Shown here one piece after another: positions 12,485-23,866 of a DNA stretch of 64,000 bases. The notes under the pieces were generated by a model. The model saw only the letters and a program-made list of their open reading frames with translations, was not told where the DNA came from and made no database searches. The stretch covers positions 316,324,001 through 316,388,000 of the forward strand of contig NW_027362764.1 of assembly GCF_046119375.1 (NCBI RefSeq). Direction: 5' to 3'. The DNA comes from Phyllobates terribilis. Its lineage: Eukaryota. Each line of letters starts with the position of its first letter. Positions within the stretch are counted from its first letter, which is position 1. A program made the position numbers and the translations under genes.

Positions 12485-13485
12485 TGACGCGCCCATGGGC
12501 CTGTGTCGCGCTGCGTTGCGCATGCGGGAGCTTACCCGGAGCCGGATCTGTTGAGGGTTGTAGTCTCATGGCAGTGACCCGGTCCGTGCCCAGGGAGTCA
12601 AACTGAGCGGCGATGTATCAGCGGTAGATGTTGGACGACTACGCCACCCGTTGAGTACAGCTAAGGAGCTGCTGCTGCAGGGCAGACCGCTGAGGCCGGT
12701 GGTAGGATTGTGCAGCGTGATAGTATAACCCCCAATGGGAGGGGTATGGCCTCAGGGCAGCCGACGTGGATGATGGGGGTAGCAGGAACCACTCGGAGAC
12801 GGTACGGTGTAGTTCAGGGTCTTTACTGGTGACAAAGATAGACCCTCCCGGAGTACTGGCTAGCGATTGGGGCCTGGTCAGTCCTTGAGCAGATGGGATC
12901 TCCCCTGGCCAGGCGGAGTTGTAGGCCTCCCAAACTAACTGTACTCTTCTGGCTACCTTGCTAGAGGCGGGTATAAGTAGCCCACGTCCCTGAGTGTACC
13001 GTGTGGTGCTCACCCGTATGGCCGGTGACTCGGGGCCTTCTAGTAGCTTCCGCTCCACGACGGCGGTGCTGGTCCCATGCGTGTGACCGTGCCTTCGGGT
13101 TTCTTGGCCAGAGGACCTGGAATCCCCTGCCTGACGGATTCTGCTGCTGGGTAGGAGTTAGTCCCCACAGCCTCGGACTCCGGGTCCGGTAAGAAATCTT
13201 CTCAGTCAGGGCGAGCTCTGCAGCTGCCAGCCCCTGACTCCTTGTAACACTGCTCCCACAGAGCTCCTGATGTTCTGTTCCTATATTTGCTTCTTTTCTC
13301 TGTCTCTACTTCTTCTCTGCTCACTAACCCTGCCTCAGCCCTAGGTTTATATAGGGGAAGTTCTTCCCCTCCCAGGACTGGGCAGGAGGTGTGGCATGCA
13401 TAGGATTCCTGACCAAGAGACCTCCCACCTGCTCTCAGACGTAATATCTCTATCACTGTGGCAACCAGACCCCTGGGGTGTCACA
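12485..13485 (-). repeat. 3' LTR of element A
   Basis: TG...CA on the sense strand, PPT at 13488-13494, about 7-8 differences from the 5' LTR counted by eye. Confidence 0.95.
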
Positions 13486-13844
13486 TTCCCCCCTAGTGAA
13501 ATTTAGTACTCCGGGACTAAACATATTTTAGAAAAACATAACAAGATATAACAATAACAATACAATAAAAAACACATAAAGGTGGTCACGGCATGTCCGT
13601 AACCGGGTGCAGTCTTTGAAGAAAGCAAGGTGTCCATTTCACCAAAACAGGGAGACGTAACCAGGTAGGGGTCTGTCCTGCCCCGAGTCCTTAACAGTCT
13701 TTAGTCCGTCCTGGGTTACGCTCCAACTATGTACACAGGATTCCCGGTAAATCCACCAAAGACTCCTATAAACAACTAGAAACACATAATTATACACAAG
13801 CAACAAGAAAAACAGGTAACCACAAATAAAACAATTTATACACT

Positions 13845-16800
13845 TCAAATCCTCCAACGTGCGGGTAACTGGCCTCTAGTGGCCCTAGTGGACCTACGGA
13901 GCTGACTGTCTGGCCCTGAACTACAGGGTGTAGGAGCTGACAAGGGTAAATTGGGCAGCTGTCCACGGGCCCTTTGGCTCACTAGAGGCATGGCAGGTTC
14001 ACTATAAGCAGAGGGTTGATCCTCCTGGTCTGCTGGTGTGGGGTCTTCTGCCTCCTGGACCGGCTGTTCTTCCAGCTCTAGCTGTTGCTCCGTAGGTGCT
14101 TGGGATGCTGGTTGGAGGAAGGTGAGTACGGGTACCACAACTGCGCCATTGACTTGAGCCCAAGACCGAGGGAAGTCTCCGAGCACAGTACTAACCATAT
14201 CTTCCCTTTCCTCTACGGGTCGAGGGTCTTCTTGTTCCTCTTCAGGGTTCCGTAGCTGTTCGGGACACTTCTTCAGGTGATCCCGGGATACAATGGTTGT
14301 GGTTTCCCCTCCGTCTTTACTGATGGTACAGACCTTTGGGTTGTCGTGGCTTGAGGGCAGTACGGTGTACGGGTCCTTCTCCCACTGGTCGTCCAACTTG
14401 TGGAGCCGTCTTTTCCTCTTCAAGACCTGCTCTCCGGGCACCAGGGGAACAGCGGGAGCATACTGGTTGTAAGTTTTCTCTTGTCTCTCCCTAGCCTGAC
14501 AGAGACTTCGCTCCACGCTCTCCTGTACTTTCTGGTACTGCTGCTGCCTCTCTGTGTCCCAGTCTGCTTCTGGTGAAGTGTCCTCGGGTGTCAGGACTCC
14601 CATTTCCAGGTCAACAGGTAACTTACCAGGTCTCGCCCTCATTAGGTAAGCCGGGGTACAGTTGGTGGAACCTACCGGGATGTGGTTGTATAGGTCCACC
14701 AGATCGGGCAGCTTCTCAGGCCACAGACTGCGTTCTTCCAGGGGCAACATTTTCAGAAGATCCATTACCACCTGGTTCATTTTCTCACAAAGTCCATTAG
14801 TTTGCGGATGATAGGGTGTCGTCCTTATCTTCCGGCAGCCATACAGATTGCAGAATTCCTGGAAGACCTCCGCTTCAAAGGCAGGTCCCTGGTCTGTCAA
14901 AACTTGGTCCGGGTACCCGTGTGGATGGCAGAAATGCTGCTGGAAGGCTCTAGCTGCTGTTCGAGCTGTTAAGTCCTTGACGGGGACGACAACCAAGAAC
15001 CGGGAGTAGTGATCCACGATGGTTAGTGCGTAGACGTAGCCACTTCTGCTTGGGGTCAGTTTTACATGATCCAAGGCTACCAGTTCCAACGGCTGCCGGG
15101 TGACGATGGACTGCAGGGGAGTCTTCTGGCTGGCACGGTCCTTCCTCCTCAGGTTGCATGGGCCACAGTCTCTGCACCACCTCTCGATGGTTCCCCTCAT
15201 GCCTACCCAATGGAACCGCCCGCTTCTTCCATCCGAAATGCCCAGCTCCATCGTGGTATGCCTCCATCACCATGGCTGCGTCTCGTCGTGGCACCACTAC
15301 TTGCCAGATTAGTTCATGCGTCCGGGAGTTAACCATCCTGCGGCACAACTTCCCCTTGTAAAGGAACAGTCTACTCTTTTCTGCCCACAGTTGCTTGGCT
15401 TCCTCCGGAGCGTCTGGGTCAAGGCGAGCCTCTGGCCGAGTCAGCATCTCCTTCACCAGCCGGACGGCAGGGTCACTGTCTTGCGTTTCCGCCCAGTTGT
15501 AGTGAGGTAAGGGGTTAAGCGTAGCGCCTTGCTTACTCCTTACCCGATGGGAATACTGGATAGTCCCATGACGGTGAATCGCGGGGAGTTCGACTTCTTC
15601 CAGTCCCTCTGGATCTTCTCCTACGTCCGGTAGGTTTGGCATCCTGGACAGGGCGTCCGCGTTGGTATTGGAGCGTCCTGCCCGGTATTTGATGGTGAAC
15701 TCGTAGTTGGACAGGCGGGCCATCCATCTCTGCTCTAGGGCACCGAGTCTTGCCGTGTCCAGGTGTGTCAACGGGTTGTTATCCGTGTACACGACGAACC
15801 GGGAAGAAGCGAGGTAGTGCTTAAAGCGTTCGGTGACTGCCCACACCACTGCCAGGAACTCTAGCTTAAATGAGCTGTAATTCTCAGGGTTTCTTTCGGT
15901 GGGTCGCAGTTTTCGGCTGGCGTAAGCGATTACTCGCTCTTTCCCCTGCTGGATCTGGGACAGCACGGCTCCTAGCCCGATGTTACTTGCGTCGGTGTAG
16001 AGGATAAAGGGCTGGCTGTAATCCGGGTACGCCAGGATTTCATCCCCCGTGAGGGCCATCTTCAGCTGGCGGAAGGACTCTTCTTCCAACTTCTCCCATC
16101 TGAAGGGCGGCTTCTGGTTCTTGGCCTTCCGGGACTGGCCTATCAGGAGGTCCTGCATAGGAGCTGCCTTTTTGGTGAAACCGGGGATGAACCTGCGGTA
16201 GTAGCCTACCAACCCGAGGAACTGCCGCACTTCCTTTACACTGGAGGGACTTGGCCATTCCTTAATTGCGGTGATCTTATCAGGGTCGGGAGCCACTCCG
16301 TCAGCGCTCACCACGTGTCCCAGGTACTGCACCTTTGGTTTCAGGAGGTGACACTTGGAGGGTTTCACCTTTAGGCCGTAGCTTGCCAGAGCTTCGAACA
16401 CTTCCGCCAGGTGTTTCAGGTGGTCCTCATAAGTCTTAGAATATACGATGACATCGTCCAGGTACAACAGGACCGTCTCGAAGTTTCTGTGGCCCAGACA
16501 GCACTCCATTAATCGTTGGAAGGTTCCTGGTGCGTTGCAGAGTCCGAACGGCATACAGGTAAACTCGCTAAGTCCCATCGGGGTGGTGAATGCGGTCTTC
16601 TCCCGGTCCGCCTCTGCTACAGGAACCTGCCAGTACCCACTAGTGAGATCCAAGGTAGAGAAGAAGTTAGCAGATCTTAAAGCAGCCAAAGACTCCTCTA
16701 TCCTTGGTAAGGGGTACGCATCCTTGTGTGTGATACGGTTGATTTTCCGGTAATCTACACACATCCTCATGGTGTTGTCTTTCTTTTTGACTAAGACTAG

Positions 16801-17964
16801 TGGAGCTGCCCAGGGGCTACAGCTATCCCTGATCACCCCAGCCTCCTTCATGTCTCTAAGCATCCCCTTGGCGTGTTGGTAGTGTGCAGGGGGTACGGGT
16901 CGATACCTCTCTTTTATGGGAGGATGGTCTCCCGTGGGGATGTGGTGTTCTACCCCCTTGACTCGCCCGAAGTCTAACGGATGTTTACTAAACACTCTCT
17001 CGTACTCTTGAACCACCCGATAGACTCCCTGTTTCTGGTGTGAGGGAGTGGAGTCAGTACCCAAATGTAGTTGCTGACACCAGTCCTCCATTGTTTTCTT
17101 AGAGCCGTTACCTTCCTCCGGGTGAGATGGAGGCAAGGGTTCCACAGATTGTATAGCATTTTGGTTAATGGTATATAATTTGGCTAGCGTGGCATACCGG
17201 GGGAGGTACACTTCCCTCTTCCCGATATTGATTATGCGAACGGGCACCCTCCCATGGCGTACATTAACCACCCCCCGTGCTGTCAAGATGGTGGGCCTAC
17301 TGTCTGAGTAAACTGGTTCTACCATTGCCTGGTAATCTCTACCTCTCAGACCAATAGCTGCCCGGCACCAAATCATCATTTCACTTTTTGGGGGCATGGC
17401 AATAGGGAAAGGGTCACACATTCTCACGCTACCAATCTCACCGCCGGAGAGTTCCACCTGTTGCCGTCGCATCAGTGCCCGGATCTCTTTTTGGAGCACT
17501 CGCTGCTCGCCGGAGCTGGCGTTCTTGGCAACCTGCTGTAAAAGGAAAATCACCTCTGCAAGACAATTTTCAATTACATTAGTTCCTAGAGTTATCTTTG
17601 GGTGACTCTCGTGTTTGTCAATGTCTACAATGATCAGTCCCTGTGCTGCCAGTTCGACTCTACCGATTTTAATGGTCACCTCTTTAAATCCAATCTGTGG
17701 CACGGGCTGACCATTGCTGGCGATGATACTCAAGTCGTCGTCAGGGTAGCGGGTGATATCCGAGTCATTCCAGTACTGCTTGAAGAGCACGTACGGGATG
17801 GTGGTGACCTGTGACCCGGTGTCCAGTAGGGCACTCATAGGAATGCCATCCAGTACCACGGGTAAGACTGGACGTCCTCCCACATATTTGTCGCGCCAGT
17901 TCGATGGGCCTGGTGATCTTTTTCCTGGGGGTTGGCCCTCTACCCCAGGTTGTGCCAGTTTAAA
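13845..17964 (-). pseudogene. pol: Element A pol (PR-RT-RNase H-IN) with a small frameshifting deletion near 15220 in the integrase zinc finger
   Basis: LLDTGS, YLDD, YTDAS, GHFG...CRDCGPC, LDH/TDQG/NGLCE motifs. The frame break falls between GHFGWKK and RFHWVGMR. Confidence 0.93.
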
Positions 17965-18467
17965 GGACAGTACCTTGCCATATGTCCGGGTTGATTGCAG
18001 CGGCGGCAGATGGGTCGTCCGTCCTCGTTGTATCGGTCGCTGGGTCTCCCTCTGGCCGGTGGGGTCCTCCTTGGTCGACGCCACGGGATGTCCTCCGGTC
18101 CGGATGCCAGCTGGATCTTCCCTGGAGTGGAAACCTGTAAAGACTGCACAGTTCGGGTTAGCGCAGCAACGCTTTTAGCTAGCTCTTGGACCTGATGGTG
18201 CAGGTCTGGAGCCGGGTCATTGTTCAAAGCCTGCGCATCAGCTCCCACAGGCCCTGCCGACAAGGGTGCCGCCTCCTGGTGGTAAGTGGTAGTGGGGCGT
18301 CTGTGGGTCACAACGCCACCTGGTGCCGGTTCTCGGAGCACCCGGATGGCTCTGTCCTTGAACTGTGCAAATCCCAGATGAGGGTCCTGTAAGGCCATTG
18401 CCCGCAACTGGGTTCGGTGGGCATTGCAATATAATCCCTCTATAAATTGTTCAGTCAATAGCCTGTC
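17940..18467 (-). pseudogene. gag: Element A gag, C-terminal part with CCHC zinc knuckle
   Basis: DRLLTEQFIEGL...CRRCNQPGHMARYC, stop at 17940. Confidence 0.9.
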
Positions 18468-19652
18468 TGTAACGGGTCTGGGAGGCGGAACCTCTGAGCT
18501 ACTATACAAGGGGGCGGCCCTTGTAAGGGAGCGGGTGGCAGTCTCTGGATGAACGGACAGGGAGATACGGCAAGTGATCAGGGCAGTCTCTGGGTAAAGG
18601 TTAGGTACGACCTGTGATGGCAGAGCCTCCGGGTAGGCTAGCAGGCAGATGGTAGATGTGTGCTCCCAGGTGAGCAAGCGAGAGTCTCTGGAATAACAGG
18701 TGGTCTCGGCACGTGACGGCGGAACCTCCGGGCTGGCAAGCAGGCAGGTAACGGAGAAGCGCTCCCAGGTGAGCGGGCAAGAGTCTCTGAAGTAGCTGAT
18801 GGTCACAGCACGTGACAACGGAGCCTCCGGGCTGGCAAGCAGGCAGGTAACGGAGAAGCGCTCCCAGATGAGCGGACAAGAGTCTGAAGTAGCTGATGGT
18901 CACAGCACGTGACAACGGAGCCTCCGGGCTGGCAAGCAGGCAGGTAACGGAGAAGCGCTCCCAGGTGAGCGGACAAGAGTCTGAAGTAGCTGATGGTCAC
19001 AGCACGTGACAACGGAGCCTCCGGGCTGGCAAGCAGGCAGGTAACGGAGAAGCGCTCCCAGGTGAGCGGGCAAGCTGGTCCATAGACAGACTGACCGGAG
19101 TTGTAAGGTAGACCGTCGGACCTCAGGAAGGTAGGCAGGTAGCTGATGTGCGCTCCCAGGTGAGCGGGCAGGCTGGTCCTTTAGACAGACTGACAGGAGT
19201 AGTAAGGCAGACCGTCGGACCTCAGACTGGCAGACAGGTAACAAGTATTCAGGCAGGAATCAGGCAGGTAACTGGCAGGAAACTGGCAGGTAACTGGCAG
19301 GTAACAGGCAACGGGACCTGAGGGCTGAAGCACAGGTGAGACACAGGTGCAAACAACATTGCTCGGGCACCTCCATTTTGGAGGAGGTGCCTTATATATG
19401 ATGAAGTCCTCCGGCCATTGGCCGGGGACTCCTTAGGACGGCGCGCGCGGCCCCTTTAAGAGGAGGGGAGCGCGCGCGCGCGCCCTAAGCACAGGGGCCG
19501 GGAAGGAGCGCGCGCTGAGAGCAGAGCGGGAGGAAGACGCCGGGAAGGAGCGCGCGCTGACAGCAGAGCGGGGAGAGGACGCCGGGCACGGAGCAGAGCG
19601 GTGAGGGGAGCAGCGTCCCTGCCTAGCAGAGGGCAGGGACGCCAGCGCTACA
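18468..19652 (-). repeat. 3' LTR of element B (1185 bp)
   Basis: Near-identical to 23867-25042 (about 6 substitutions and two small indels by eye); contains 97-bp tandem units. Confidence 0.95.
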
Positions 19653-22600
19653 GTACCCCCCCCTTTAGGCCCCCCCTTTTTTAGGCCAGACAGAAATTTA
19701 GCTAGGATGAGAGGGGCATGGATGTTCTCCCGGGGCTCCCACGTTCTCTCCTCAGGACCAAACCCCTTCCAATCTACCAGAAAAAAGGTCTTTCCTCTTA
19801 CCCTTTTGGTGGCAAGAATGTTCTCTACCTCAAACTCGTCCTCAGCAGAAACCGGAGCAGGAGGCGTACCTGTAGACTTGGAAAAAGAGTTAAGTACCAC
19901 AGGTTTGAGGAGAGATACATGGAAGGAGTTAGGGATCCGTAAGTTGGCCGGGAGTTTCAATTTATAGGCCACCGGGTTGATCTGACTGATGACCTCCAGT
20001 GGGCCGATGAACCGAGGCCCTAACTTATAGGAAGGGATCTTGAGTCGGACATATTTGGACGAGAGACAGACTTTATCCCCAGGACGGAATTGAGGAGGGT
20101 CCAGACGTTTTTTGTCAGCGTGTCTTTTCATACGCTCGGAAGACTGAAGGAGTGCGGATCGGGTACTCTCCCAAATGGAGGAAAATTTGCTAACAAGAGA
20201 TTCCGCAGCCGGGTTGTCCACCGAGGTGGAGACAGGAAAAGGAATCTGAGGATGCTGACCAAAGACAACAAAAAACGGGGATTTGGAGGAGGATTCGCTC
20301 TCGTGATTATTGTAAGAGAACTCGGCCCATGGTAGGAGATCCACCCAGTCAGAATGGTGGGCATTAACGAAGTGCCGGAGGTAACTGGTCAGGTTCTGAT
20401 TGATCCGCTCCACTTGACCATTGGACTGTGGGTGGTAAGCGGAAGAGAAGTCCAGGGTGACGTCTAGTAGTTTACAAGTGGCTCTCCAGAAGCGTGAGGT
20501 GAACTGTACCCCACGATCCGACACGATGTGGAGGGGCAGGCCATGAAGACGGAAGATGTGACGAATAAAGGCTCTAGCTAGCTCGGGTGCAGACGGGAGG
20601 CCTGGCAGGGGAACGAAATGAGCCATCTTGGAGAAGCGGTCAGCGACCACCCAAATGACCGTACAACCGGCAGAGAGTGGGAGGTCAGTTATGAAGTCCA
20701 TTGCAATATGCTGCCAGGGGGCAGCAGGTACTGGGAGCGGAAGGAGGCGACCGGCTGGCAGATGTCTCGGAACCTTGTTGCGGGCGCAGGACACACAGGC
20801 AGAAACAAAGTCTATTACATCCTTGTGCAGGGTAGGCCACCAGTAGTGCCGGGAAATAAGCTGGAGGGTCTTCTTCTGACCAGCGTGACCAGCCAGTTTA
20901 GACGAGTGACCCCAGTGAAGGATCTTCTCCCGATCAGGTACTGATACGAACGTCTTTCCGGGAGGGAGACGATTTAGACTCACGGGAGCCACCTGTATTA
21001 CTCTGGCGGGATCGATGATGTGTTTCGGATCTTCCTCGAGATCAGATACCAGAAAGGATCGAGACAAGGCGTCCGCCTTGACGTTTTTGTCAGCCGGGCG
21101 AAAATGAAGGACAAAATCAAAACGAGCAAAAAACAAGGACCACTGGGCTTGGCGCGGGTTAAGTCTCTGGGCATGCTGGAGGTAAGCCAAGTTCTTGTGG
21201 TCAGTGTAAATTATTACCGGGTGAAGAGCCCCCTCAAGCAGGTAACGCCACTCCTCCAATGCCAGTTTGATGGCCAATAACTCTCGATCTCCTATGGAAT
21301 AATTGCGCTCTGAGGAGGAGAAGAGTTTAGAGAAGAAGCCGCAAGTTACCATCCTCCCGGAAGAAGATTTTTGAGTAAGTACCGCTCCAGCTCCAGAGGA
21401 GGAGGCGTCCACTTCCAGGAAGAACTGCTTGTTGCCGTCCGGGCGATGCAGCACCGGGGCGGAAGAGAAGGCCTGTTTTAAGGAAAGAAAGGCTTCTTCT
21501 GCTTCGGGCGGCCACTCTTTGGGATTAGTGCCCTTACGGGTGAGCGCGGAAATTGGGGCAGTCCGGGAAGAGAAGTGTGGTATGAAGAGGCGGTAGTAGT
21601 TGGCGAAGCCCAGGAACCGCTGAATGGCCTTCAGCCCCTCCGGTCGAGGCCATTTCTCGATGGCAGACAGTTTCTCTGGATCCATTCGTAGGCCGGTCTG
21701 AGAAATAATGTAGCCCAAAAACGGAAGCGAGGTCTGCTCAAAGAGGCACTTCTCGTATTTAGCGAAGAGGTGATTCTGCCTGAGCCTGAGCAGAACCTGA
21801 CGAACGTCCCTCCGGTGAGTCTGGAAATCCGGAGAGAAGACCAAGATGTCGTCCAGGTACACCACTACGCAGGAGTAGAGAAGGTCCCGGAAGATGTCAT
21901 TGACCAACTCTTGAAAAACGGCAGGAGCGTTACAGAGACCAAAGGGCATTACCAGGTATTCATAGTGGCCGTCCCGGGTGTTGAATGCCGTCTTCCATTC
22001 ATCCCCTTGACGGATACGAACCAGGTTGTACGCCCCACGGAGGTCTAGTTTGGTGAAGATTCTAGCCCCCCTCAGACGATCAAATAATTCTGGAATGAGC
22101 GGAAGGGGGTACTTATTCTTCACCGTGATCTGGTTTAGGCCTCTATAGTCTATACAGGGACGGAGAGAGCCGTCCTTCTTTTTGACGAAAAAGAAGCCCG
22201 CTCCCGCCGGGGAGGTAGATTTCCGGATGAATCCCCTGGCCAGATTCTCCTCAATATATTCGGACATCGACCGGGTCTCAGCAGCGGATAAAGGATAAAT
22301 ACGCCCACGGGGAGGAGTAGTACCGGGTAACAGGTCGATGGGACAGTCGTATGGTCTATGAGGGGGTAATGTCTCTGCCTCCTTTTTATTAAAGACATCA
22401 GCATAAGACCAATAAGGAATTGGAAGTCCAGGTAGATTAGCTGGGGTAGGAGAGGGACGGACGGGATGGACGGGAACCAGGCAGGTCTTATGACAGTCTT
22501 GTCCCCAGCGAAGGACTTCTCCGGTTTGCCAGTCAAGCACGGGTGCATGTTTCTGGAGCCAAGGCAGACCTAGCAAGAGGGCGTGAGAGAGTCCAGGCAG

Positions 22601-22921
22601 AACATGAAAGGAGATACTCTCAGAATGTAGCATTCCCACCTGCAGAGTAATGGATTCGGTGATGAGTTGGATGGGGCGTGGTAAGAGCCCCCCATCCACG
22701 GCAGCCACAGACAAGGGTACAGCCAGAGGTTTGGTGGGGATGCGGTATTTCTCTACCAGGGACTGTGAAATAAGATTCCCGGCTGCTCCAGAGTCCAGTT
22801 GGGCTAGTTCAAAATAACGGTTCTCCCCGTAGACGATTGAAACTGACAACAGCAGGGATGGAGAGGATTTATTCTTGTCTAGGTGGACCTCTCTGAGCGA
22901 ACCTAGACACAGGCGTTTCCC
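19433..22921 (-). CDS. pol: Element B Pol (PR-RT-RH-IN-chromodomain), entered by -1 frameshift
   Basis: Uninterrupted frame from the slippery site: LDSG, YLDD, EVDAS, HHCC, MDF/SDRG/GQVE, chromodomain FEVENIL...LVDWKGFGPEERTWEP. Confidence 0.95.
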   Translation of the reverse strand, partial: GKRLCLGSLREVHLDKNKSSPSLLLSVSIVYGENRYFELAQLDSGAAGNLISQSLVEKYRIPTKPLAVPLSVAAVDGGLLPRPIQLITESITLQVGMLHSESISFHVLPGLSHALLLGLPWLQKHAPVLDWQTGEVLRWGQDCHKTCLVPVHPVRPSPTPANLPGLPIPYWSYADVFNKKEAETLPPHRPYDCPIDLLPGTTPPRGRIYPLSAAETRSMSEYIEENLARGFIRKSTSPAGAGFFFVKKKDGSLRPCIDYRGLNQITVKNKYPLPLIPELFDRLRGARIFTKLDLRGAYNLVRIRQGDEWKTAFNTRDGHYEYLVMPFGLCNAPAVFQELVNDIFRDLLYSCVVVYLDDILVFSPDFQTHRRDVRQVLLRLRQNHLFAKYEKCLFEQTSLPFLGYIISQTGLRMDPEKLSAIEKWPRPEGLKAIQRFLGFANYYRLFIPHFSSRTAPISALTRKGTNPKEWPPEAEEAFLSLKQAFSSAPVLHRPDGNKQFFLEVDASSSGAGAVLTQKSSSGRMVTCGFFSKLFSSSERNYSIGDRELLAIKLALEEWRYLLEGALHPVIIYTDHKNLAYLQHAQRLNPRQAQWSLFFARFDFVLHFRPADKNVKADALSRSFLVSDLEEDPKHIIDPARVIQVAPVSLNRLPPGKTFVSVPDREKILHWGHSSKLAGHAGQKKTLQLISRHYWWPTLHKDVIDFVSACVSCARNKVPRHLPAGRLLPLPVPAAPWQHIAMDFITDLPLSAGCTVIWVVADRFSKMAHFVPLPGLPSAPELARAFIRHIFRLHGLPLHIVSDRGVQFTSRFWRATCKLLDVTLDFSSAYHPQSNGQVERINQNLTSYLRHFVNAHHSDWVDLLPWAEFSYNNHESESSSKSPFFVVFGQHPQIPFPVSTSVDNPAAESLVSKFSSIWESTRSALLQSSERMKRHADKKRLDPPQFRPGDKVCLSSKYVRLKIPSYKLGPRFIGPLEVISQINPVAYKLKLPANLRIPNSFHVSLLKPVVLNSFSKSTGTPPAPVSAEDEFEVENILATKRVRGKTFFLVDWKGFGPEERTWEPRENIHAPLILAKFLSGLKKGGPKGGGTVALASLPSARQGRCSPHRSAPCPASSPRSAVSARSFPASSSRSALSARSFPAPVLRARARAPLLLKGPRAPS

Positions 22922-23853
22922 GACCTCTCCGGGCAGGCACGGATCCGGTGCTCCTTACTGCCACAGTAGAAGCAGGTCCCCTCGGCACGGCGTAAGTCCT
23001 GACGGGTCTTGACCATCTTGGTCTGGTCGACCTGCATAGGCTCAGGAGGGTGTACCTGGTTAGAGACAGAAGGAGTGACGGGTTTCTGAAAAGTAGGAGC
23101 TAGACGTGGTAACCTCCTCTCACGGGTGACCTCTCTGGCACGCTCCTGGAACCGTAGGTCAATCCGGGTGGCAAGAGTTATTAAGTCATCGAGAGTGGTA
23201 GGAATGTCCCGACCGGCAAGTTCATCTTTAATACGGCCGGACAGACCCTCCCAGAAGACGGAAACCAGAGCGTCGTTATCCCAGGCCAGCTCCGAGGCAA
23301 GGGTACGGAACCGTATGGCATATTGGCCCACGGTGAGACTCCCCTGACGGAGGCGTAGCAACGATGATGCAGATGAGGTCTTCCGTCCGGGTTCGTCGAA
23401 GACTTTCCGGAAAGCCGTGAGAAAAGCAGGCAAGTTGGACACCAGGGGGTCTCCTCTCTCCCATAGAGGATTCAGCCAGGCCAGGGCCTCCCCGGTGAGA
23501 TGGGACATGATGAAGGCAATCTTGGCCCGGTCGGAGTTAAACTGGTAGGACAAAAGTTCAAAATGCAGGGTGCACTGATTTAAGAAGCCCCGAGCCTGGA
23601 CGGGGTCGCCTCCGAAGCGAGGAGGTGCAGAAAGCCGGGGTCCGGGGTAGGATACCATAGTATTAGTGGGCAGCGGAGCTGCCGGATTGCAAGATATGGC
23701 ACTGGCGGAGGTTGTTGGTGGATCAGACAGAGTGTTCAGGCAAGTATTAACATTCCGCAGGTGACCCAGGATGGCCTCTTGTTGGGACCTCTGACGGGAC
23801 AGTTCAAGACAGAGGTCCGAGGGCGAGGGAGCTTGGGTGCCACCGGGTTCCAT
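22903..23853 (-). CDS. gag: Element B Gag (316 aa, retrotransposon capsid and CCHC knuckle)
   Basis: ATG start; PPRFGGDP...RGFLNQC and LRQG...Y...F motifs; CFYCGSKEHRIRAC. Confidence 0.95.
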   Translation of the reverse strand: MEPGGTQAPSPSDLCLELSRQRSQQEAILGHLRNVNTCLNTLSDPPTTSASAISCNPAAPLPTNTMVSYPGPRLSAPPRFGGDPVQARGFLNQCTLHFELLSYQFNSDRAKIAFIMSHLTGEALAWLNPLWERGDPLVSNLPAFLTAFRKVFDEPGRKTSSASSLLRLRQGSLTVGQYAIRFRTLASELAWDNDALVSVFWEGLSGRIKDELAGRDIPTTLDDLITLATRIDLRFQERAREVTRERRLPRLAPTFQKPVTPSVSNQVHPPEPMQVDQTKMVKTRQDLRRAEGTCFYCGSKEHRIRACPERSGNACV

Positions 23854-23866
23854 GGCCCGAGCAAAC

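Noticed and set aside
17940-18818. 292-aa ORF fusing B LTR sequence to the A Gag C-terminus
   Set aside because: The start is TTG, not ATG, and the N-terminal part is LTR repeat. It is a by-product of the nested insertion.
18700-19100. Regularly spaced repeats (97 bp here, 52 bp at 3870-4490) as CRISPR-like arrays
   Set aside because: They are head-to-tail units with no unique spacers, no cas genes, and a eukaryotic TE context.
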